A stretch of DNA of 64,000 nt, from assembly GCA_040954595.2 (NCBI GenBank), contig CM082588.2:3494513-3558512 (forward strand), given 5' to 3'. Positions 55,861 through 64,000 of the stretch are shown in pieces. A model generated the notes under the pieces. That model did not search any database, was not told where the DNA came from, and was given only the letters and a program-made list of their open reading frames with translations. The stretch's first letter is position 1. Every line of letters starts with the position of its first letter. The stretch is from Balanoglossus misakiensis. Lineage: Eukaryota > Animalia > Hemichordata. The position numbers were made by a program, and so were the translations under genes.

Positions 55861-58800
55861 TCTCCCAACACCTATAATGAGATAGAAAGACGAGCAGAGG
55901 TGGTTATAGGTTGAATGGCAGTGTAGGTGTATGCAAATTACCCAAATTTCCCCGCAGCGACACCGTCGGCTTATTGTGGTTGCCAGGAAGTGACGTCCTG
56001 CGTGTGACGCACATGCCTGTGTATGCAAATGACGGTACAGGGTCCCAATAGAATCAACGTGCCCCTTCAGTAATCGCTATCCCAAATTCGACCATTTTGT
56101 ACGTTGTTAAATGAAAACCTCAGTCGGGAAAGGAGAAATATATGGCTATACTGTGTTCGACGCGACGGCAATTGATGGACGAATCACTTCTTTGGCGTTT
56201 AGTGCTAACTTAGGCTCCGTTTCGACTCATTAAACGGATTAGCATCGAAGACAACATTTAATCACATGAAAGGCAGGAAACTAAACGACTTAAAACGAAT
56301 GCGACACATGTTATCCTTGACCAGTTATCGTCAGCGAAGGGTGGGGCGAAGAAATGACACTTCCATGTGTGAACGCCAGTCATGAACTGTAACGTGTACA
56401 AGACACGAAAGAAATTAACTGCCTCAAGTTATGATTTATCATCAAGGCATAATTAATTCAACATTAGAGCAGTTGTTTTCTCTGCATGTTAACAGTGATT
56501 GACGAGACTTAAAGCGTAAAAGTCGCCCACATGGGACATGATTTCAGTTTCTTTGATAAACTATTTATTTCGTTATGTTAACTGACAGGTTTTCACAATT
56601 CAACTCACACCCTGTTCATGGATATTTACGCATGAGTACTTCGAAATTGATTTTTCTAGGCAAAGTGGTTTGATAGCAGTATAGATGTTATGTCCAAGAA
56701 ACCAAAATAACCACAATAATGTTATGTTTACGCTTGTAGCCATTTAGAGCAGCGAAAAAGCGTGGCTTTAGAAAGCAAATAGCAGAAAAATATGCTAATA
56801 TTCACACTGAATCATGACAGACAGGTAGGTAGACAGGTTTACAAGTAGGCAGGCAGGGAGACAGATATAAACGAAAATGGAATAAATAAAACAGAAGAAG
56901 GACGAGAGAAGGGAAGAGAGCGGAGCAGAAAAGAAAGAAGATCACCAATTATATATCAACGTGATTTTACTTCTGCGCTGCACGTCGCCCCCGGCGAAAC
57001 AAATACCGTCAAGCACTGTTCCAAATTTGACGATAGTGCTCAACAACGTCACGCAAAACTTGAGTAGGTCGAAAGAAGACCACCGGGTGGTCAATGAACG
57101 AGGCAAATTTTCAATTTTCATTATCGTTCTGTTGTGGGTTTTCTCTTTTCTTCGAAAACAATCAGTTGCATTATTATTTCTGCGAAAAACACCATGGTAA
57201 CTGACTGTATGTCTTTAAAAGGAAGTGTATTTTCAGGTGTGCTGTGCCTGCGCGGATAATTTTAATTTGGATTATATATAATTTTCCCCAAGAGCTCCGC
57301 TTTGTAATTAGTTTAAAAGCCCGTTCCCGTACAAAGCATTTAAGACGAAAGGGAGCTTTATCACATGGGTTAGTCGAGGCTACTGAGGCCAATTAAGCTC
57401 TCCCTGTATGTCCTGCGATGGTCAGTCGGCTGAAATAATGACTCCTTTAGGGTATACACTTTCCAGGTACACCTTGAATGATAGTAAGACTGCAAAGAAC
57501 AGAGGTTGGTTTCTTTCCGAGGTAGAATAAAATGTATTGTGGGGGTAAACGGACTGGCAAAAAAATGACTGACATTCACCGGAAATAGTAGATGCCTTTT
57601 GGAGCTAATTCGCGTTTACTGCCTGGTGAGCGTGAGTCGTTAAGTCTATTTTGGTAGTTTCTTCTGTCGTTATCTCAGCCATAAAGTTCCAAGATTTACT
57701 GGCACGTTAAATAAGGAAAAATCGCCCCGAGTCAACATTCGTCGTCAGAACGCGGAAATGGGGGAATTAAGAATATATTTCTGGGTGATTATGACAGTAC
57801 TTCCAATGTAAAATGTTTATTAATCCCATCGTTTAGTTATTTTTACACCAATAAAACGATGAAGACGTGATGGCTGGGGGCTTCATATGTAAACCGTTTT
57901 TCCAGCACTCGTCATGATGTACACCTGTATTAGGGGTTCAGAGAAATGAATGTTCCCGATTCAAGCAAAACTCTCAGATTTAAACTTGATTTTACCCTTC
58001 CATTGAGAAGCTATGGTTAAGTACAAGCACGCACGAAAGCACAGAGTAATAGTTTTGGGTGCACCCCTAAAATGGCCGCGATAAATTTGTCAAAAAAAGT
58101 TTAAAACTTTGATTTTCGACACCTGCAGTACAGTGATCTTATGGAAATCACCAACTGTCACATTTTCATTGAAGGCAAATCAATTCATAAACTCCCATCG
58201 GGCCCTGCAGTGCATTTGATCAACGGTCCCATTTGCATGCTGCAAACTCGAATGAAAACGCTTTCACACGTAATCCTATCCGATAAGAATCTTAAAGTAA
58301 ACTATTCAGCTTTACAAACTCGCGCCACAACAATTTATTCCTTTGAACAAAAACCTGATTTTCTTTTTCAAGTTAAAAGATCCTTGCCTTATAGGGTAAT
58401 TGAAAGAGAGATATCTTATCTCCCATCTATTCCTATGGGTTTTGAGACGTCAGACTGTTAACGGAAAACCAACCTGTAGTGTTATATTACACTAACCGAT
58501 GATTGCTATCTGTTTTTTTGACATATACAGGCATATTATTCAAGTAGATATACCATTTTCAGAAGAACACGTTGTCCTATTTTTTCTCCCGATTATTGCT
58601 TCTGTCAGTTTCTTCCGCTGGTGTGACACGTGTTGATGTTGCATATTTAGGGAGCCTTTTCTATCTCGTCCCCTGGGTCATTTCTGTAACTGCGCATCGC
58701 ATTTCAGTTGCGATTTGCAACCGTTCGTTTGATGCGATTAGTTTGTTTGACAGGGGAATAGCTTCTGATGAATAGACACGGTAAAAAACAGTCATTTCCA

Positions 58801-61800
58801 TTTACACATGGTTTGCCATGATGTACATTGTACCAGCTACACTTTGCGCCTACTTTGACCTGCTAGCAACTGTGTTGTAAAACTTTCTTTCTCTCACGGT
58901 TGTCTTTCTTCCTGATTGTTCCTCGCAGTTAGATTCTAGGTAGGCCTTTATATTTCGAAGTAATATGGCGTTATTAACAAGCTAAAACTCCATTTCTAGG
59001 GAACACCTTCTGCGATTTTTCTTGCTGGCTTCAAAGAGATGATATCACGATCTTTGACTCGTCTTTCTTTAGCTTTGTGGCAGCCGAGCGTTTTTCGAAG
59101 CTTCGCGCACGTTGCTTCGCCGCGGCCCGCTGAGCCTCCCGCCGCCAAAGCACAGCTCTCGGCCCGTTCGCTGGACCTCCTTCACAAACTAACGAGGCGG
59201 CATGCGTGCTTGTACGTGTTCCGAACGATCAGCTATCACCCTGCTTCAGCCAATAACGGAATACGTACAACCACTCATCCAAAAGCAAACAGCGAAGAGC
59301 ACGTTTACACGCACGCCGAGTTTCGCATCTTTCTGAACAGCGCCATTGGTTTCAACGATGACGCCATCTTGGTACGTCTGGGGAAAACTGACGACTATTG
59401 GCCCAATTAAGATAGACCGCGCCTTGAAAAAGCGAAGTCTTAAACTTCTGTCATATTTGCTCAAAGAAACTTTAGGACATTATCTCTTGCATTTGAGAAT
59501 AAAATTTGCGGGTCACCTCACCGTGCAAAAATTTGAATGACAGAGTATACTTGTCTCAAATTGTCCCGTATTGGAGATTCAAAATGGCCACCATTCTCTG
59601 TGTGACGGAGAAAATTTACAAGACGGTGAACACCCAGTTTCCTTCCTTGTTTTCAAAAAGACTCCACAACCTCTTTAATTTAGCAAAGAATTGGAAGGTT
59701 TGAAGGACTATTATTTTTCTGAAAATCTGTCCTCCGAGTCACAGACAACCTTAAACCGCCCACAGACTTCTTGTACCCACGACGACGTTTTTATTACCAC
59801 TTGCTTTGTCCAGGTTGGCAAGCGACCGTCAAGGAGATATGTCGTGACCGTAGACTCCTTGTTGGAGTGTCTCTCATAAAATATTCAAGGCAAAATTTAT
59901 AGCGACTTCTGATTCCGATAAAGTGGTACGATTGCAAAAAATGGATGAATTCACTAGATAATGTCAACAGGGCCCGTTCTCTTTAAATAACCTTGAAATT
60001 ATACCTCTATCATCTCTATGCGCGGGAAAGTGTGGGCTGCCGAAAGCCAAGCAATTATGCAGATGTTACCTGCGCACGGACGAATGGCAAATACATGATG
60101 TGTACTAGTGCCACGTGTTCTTGTTTCCTGAGGTCATGATTGTCTTAAGGGACCTTTCCAGAATCACAAGATATGGGGGAGGGGAAAGTGTAGGGGTTCT
60201 GCTTGACACGTCAAATGTAACCTTCATTGCATCGCTAGCTAAATATTCCCTTCCCATTTTTATGAGGAAACCCGCATGCACTGAAGCCTGCATTACCATG
60301 GCGCCAGGTTTAATAAAATTCAAGATTTTCTGTTCGAACACATGAGTCTAAAGCTACAATTATTGTGGTGATGATGATGAATATTATGATAATGATGATG
60401 ATGATGAACGATTTTTTGTATGAAACTGCGTATCACAACCTCGCACGTCGCGAAAGAAATACCCTTTCAAGAATTCAAACATTCTGAGGGTATTTTCATT
60501 AGTCTGAGGCCTGTTTCGACATGCTGTCCCCGGCTGATATTAAGAAAGCTCGCTGGAGACCGGTTTTGACCGACGGGCAGCCCGTTTATCTTTCGTCGAA
60601 GCAGACACGCGTGCTCCACGCTCTAGGCTATGTCATTACGCTGAATGACTCGATGCGTGAACACGGTCTCGGCTGGAATATATTTGCGATCAATGATGTC
60701 CGTTTAAAATGCTCGCGTGGCCTGTTTAGCTGTGCCACGTAATTTAAACGAGATAATTAGTTTCCCAAGTTCTTATTCATGCAGTTTGGTCACACACAAC
60801 AATTAGAAATTCAAGAACAGTCCTAGTTACATGTATATATGCAGTGTCCCATTCTCTTCTCTTACATGTCGTTTAGGTTCGCCTAGCAACGCTTGCAAGT
60901 AGGAAAATTCTCGCGAAACGGAGACGTTTTCCTCGGGTGGAGATAAATCCTACGTAGACATCAACGTTTGTTCGCCTTTTGTATATCCGATTGAGCTTCT
61001 TCTTAGGTATCACGTACAGACACGATAGGCTTCGCAGTAAATTAAACAACCGATCCTTTCCATTATTTTTTATTACCGGTCGTTCTACGTTATAATATTG
61101 AGGACGTGGACTCATAAAACGAGAAACACGGAGAAATACAGAAGAGGTTGCTTCTTAACATTCACTTGAATTTCAAAACCTGTTTTTTTAAAGACGCGAC
61201 TTCAGGTAAAATATTTGTGATGGATAACTATATGGATCGATTGGTCGGTTGGTAGATCGATCGATGGATCACTGCCTGCCTGCCTGTCTGTCTGTTTGTT
61301 TGCCTGTCCGACGCTCTCTCTCTCCCCCTTCTCTCCCCTCCCGCATCTCTCTCCTATCTCTATCTCTCTCTCTGTTGTTGGCGCTAATCGCACAGGCAAA
61401 ACCATTACTTATGAAAAGAAAAAGAAAAACACCCGAGGACTGTATTGGGCAAACAGTACTCCTGCATATGTAGCGTGGGTCATAAGTTTAGTCTGATCTG
61501 CCTGTTTACAAAGGCAATTTTAAATTAGCCCGCGGCATTCTCCATTAGGAACTGAGAATTTGTCGTCGTATCAGGGGGAATTGGTGCGGAAATCAGATTT
61601 CAGATGCGGCTGCCTGCTTTACGTCCGCAGAAGTCAGATTTTGCCGCTGATTGCTGTTGGATGGCGGGAAAGCCACGGTCGTCTGACGGAAACACTGCAG
61701 TAGGTGTCAGTCACCCTTGAGAAGTTATTTGTGTTGTCTTGACCTTGTGTTGGTCCTCGAAAGGATAACTGTTGAACGCTCAGCCGCGTACATGATTTTA

Positions 61801-63738
61801 AAGACTGAACAGAACAGCGCACGCGTCAGCGGAATAATATCTGTGATATTAAGTGTAAAGTGTTTCGAAAATTGTGAGCACACCCTGTCCCAACATCAGT
61901 GGGTGATACAGTCTGTTAATGGTGAATAGGAAGTAACGCTATAAATGTAGACATCATTTGAAAATAAACCCCGCAAATAGATGTCGTTAATAACATATAT
62001 TTATGCTAAAGATTAGGACTATCTAATATGTTTAAATGCTCCATAATGTCATATAATATAGTGTATAGACTGTGATTTTTATTTGCTTAATGACTCTGGA
62101 CACACATGTGCTGATAAGAATGTTGGAGTATATTGACGACAGATTTAAGTCTTAGGTCGACAACAGCAATTTGACACTCAGCATGCCAATCGCTTTAACT
62201 GTTTGTTTGATTTGACAGTCAATCAAGACAGCCTTCCGTAGACGTCTGAGTTCACAGCGTTTGCCTGTACAAACTTCCTTTGTCTGGGGATTTGCTCGTG
62301 AGCTGAATGTTAATACCAGACAGTTTCATCGCCAGGTATAGGTGTATAGTGCACGGCGCTAATTTGTTTCAAGCCTGATCAAAAAACAAACAGAACGTTT
62401 TATCTGTCTGTCATGACACCGGGGATTTTTTTCTTTCTGAGAAATCGCGGAAGTGGTGTGATGCCAATAAACGGGGCTGTTGTCCAGTGCGCCTGTGTTT
62501 TCTCAAGTGATTCTGTTGTAGGCAATTTCAGGAGCCTGCTGTTTAGCAAAAAGGGCAGTCATTACAAACAGGAGCCTATCTGTCTGGCAACTGCGAGGTA
62601 TTCTGCTCGATGTTACTTTGTTCCAGACTTTTTGTATCATGACACTACTGGAGAGAAACTGCCAAAGTTTCTTAGTAGAATATCTTAAAGTGTGGGTATC
62701 GTCCCGTTTGCGGCTGCGTGTAAGGGTCCCATGCGACACAATTGCTGGCAAGTCAAAGTAAGCGCCATGTGCAACCACCAGTATAGATGACACAACGACC
62801 TCAGATTAAGTTAACTCCAGTTTTCAAGTGAGTTCATCCAAATATTGCCTGATGGAGCTTAACCGAAGCCGTGACACGTATCGAGTCACTCGGCCGAGAT
62901 GAGCACTTCGCACAAATCTCATCGCCGAGTGAAGACGACAGTTCGGGCAAAAATTAGGTTGATTTAGAACAGCCGCTGGCAATCTAGACTTCCGAATCTG
63001 TGACAGTACGAACCAGAAAAAAACATAAGGCCACGACGTCTAAGCCATGCAACGCCGCTTCTTTTTAAACTCAGAAAGCTCATGGTGATAGCTATTTCAG
63101 CGAGTATATGACGAGTAATTTTGACTAACAAAAAGCAACGTGTGTCCGGAAAATTGTTGCTAATGTAACATACAATTATAGTAGTAATTTGATAGAGGGA
63201 CAATTTTCTGTGCAATTGAGAGTCAGTAAAGTACAGTTCTTATAATCATTATCACCCGTAAATAGACCGTCCATTCAGGTTGTGTAACATCAAATGAAAG
63301 TAATGGGACCCTGTGTGTCAATTGGTGAGACGATGTTAAAACACGAACAATCGACGATTGAAAAGCCTAACCTACTCATCTGTAGCGGGCAGAACGAAAA
63401 AGCGAATACCTTCAAATAACTGCCTTTCATTTGGATGGCATCGCGAGGCAACAACGCACAGCCACTTTCTGACTCGTGAAAAGACTCGATGTGTACTAAA
63501 TCGATGTGACGAAAATTGTCTTTGAGAGAGAGAGAGAGTTGCTATGACAACCGTTGTGTTGAATTTGACACCTCCCAATTTTTGTCACAGTCATGGTCGT
63601 GATTTTTCACACAGGTTAATCTTTGACAATACACTAATCATCACTGTTTAGATCGACACTTTCTCGCGAGGGGAAACTTACACCTTTGACATTAAGGGGG
63701 ACTGTTAGATGTGTATGAAAGCCAAGACAACCGTTTTA

Positions 63739-63881
63739 GGGAGTCGTCATTATTTACGGCCTTGGGGAGGGTGTCGGAGGAATTTCACTCGAAACACCAA
63801 TCCCAGCTTCCATTTTAGTGACCCCCCTCTTTCTGATTCCTCCGACCCCCCAGCCCGAGGCCGTAAATAATGACGGCTTCC
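63739..63881. mobile_element. MITE with TTA target-site duplication (PIF/Harbinger-like)
   Basis: TTA|GGGAGTCGTCATTATTTACGGCCT...AGGCCGTAAATAATGACGGCTTCC|TTA, with the inverted repeat extending about 45 bp. Confidence 0.85.
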
Positions 63882-64000
63882 TTATCAACACAACCTTGCC
63901 AACCACCCGCAGGACCAAAACGCGTTGGCTGAAATTCCATGGCAACACAGCTGGCGTTTTCAAGTTTCAAGATGTCTCCGCAACACCCACACAGATTGGT

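Noticed and set aside
56100-63700. Short ORFs (e.g. 59039-59410) and small hairpins (60457-60496, 62887-62931)
   Set aside because: No domain similarity or exon chain; likely regulatory DNA and transposon remnants.

Overview
Eukaryotic, intron-rich and gene-dense metazoan DNA; a marine invertebrate deuterostome is my inference. Genes in order: afadin last exon and 3'UTR (+); intronless TSNAX/TRAX (-); UTP14 (-), head-to-head with a SENP6/7-type SUMO protease (+); an uncharacterised 481-aa gene (-), head-to-head with a MORC3/4-type GHKL-ATPase/CW gene (+); an unusually short Notch receptor with 6 EGF repeats and a mucin-like stalk (+); HFM1/MER3 meiotic helicase (-); an acidic multi-dibasic neuropeptide/granin-like precursor (-); then about 8 kb of non-coding DNA. 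Main finding: the gene between SENP6/7 and MORC looks like an intact chimera of its two neighbours. Its first four coding exons match the SENP pre-catalytic domain exons in sequence motifs, intron positions and intron phases. Its last exon carries the MORC3/4 C-terminal dimerisation motif. It has neither protease nor ATPase. Also present: three U12-type introns (one AT-AC, containing a MITE), several MITE families and microsatellites. Exon boundaries were read by eye and need RNA-seq confirmation.
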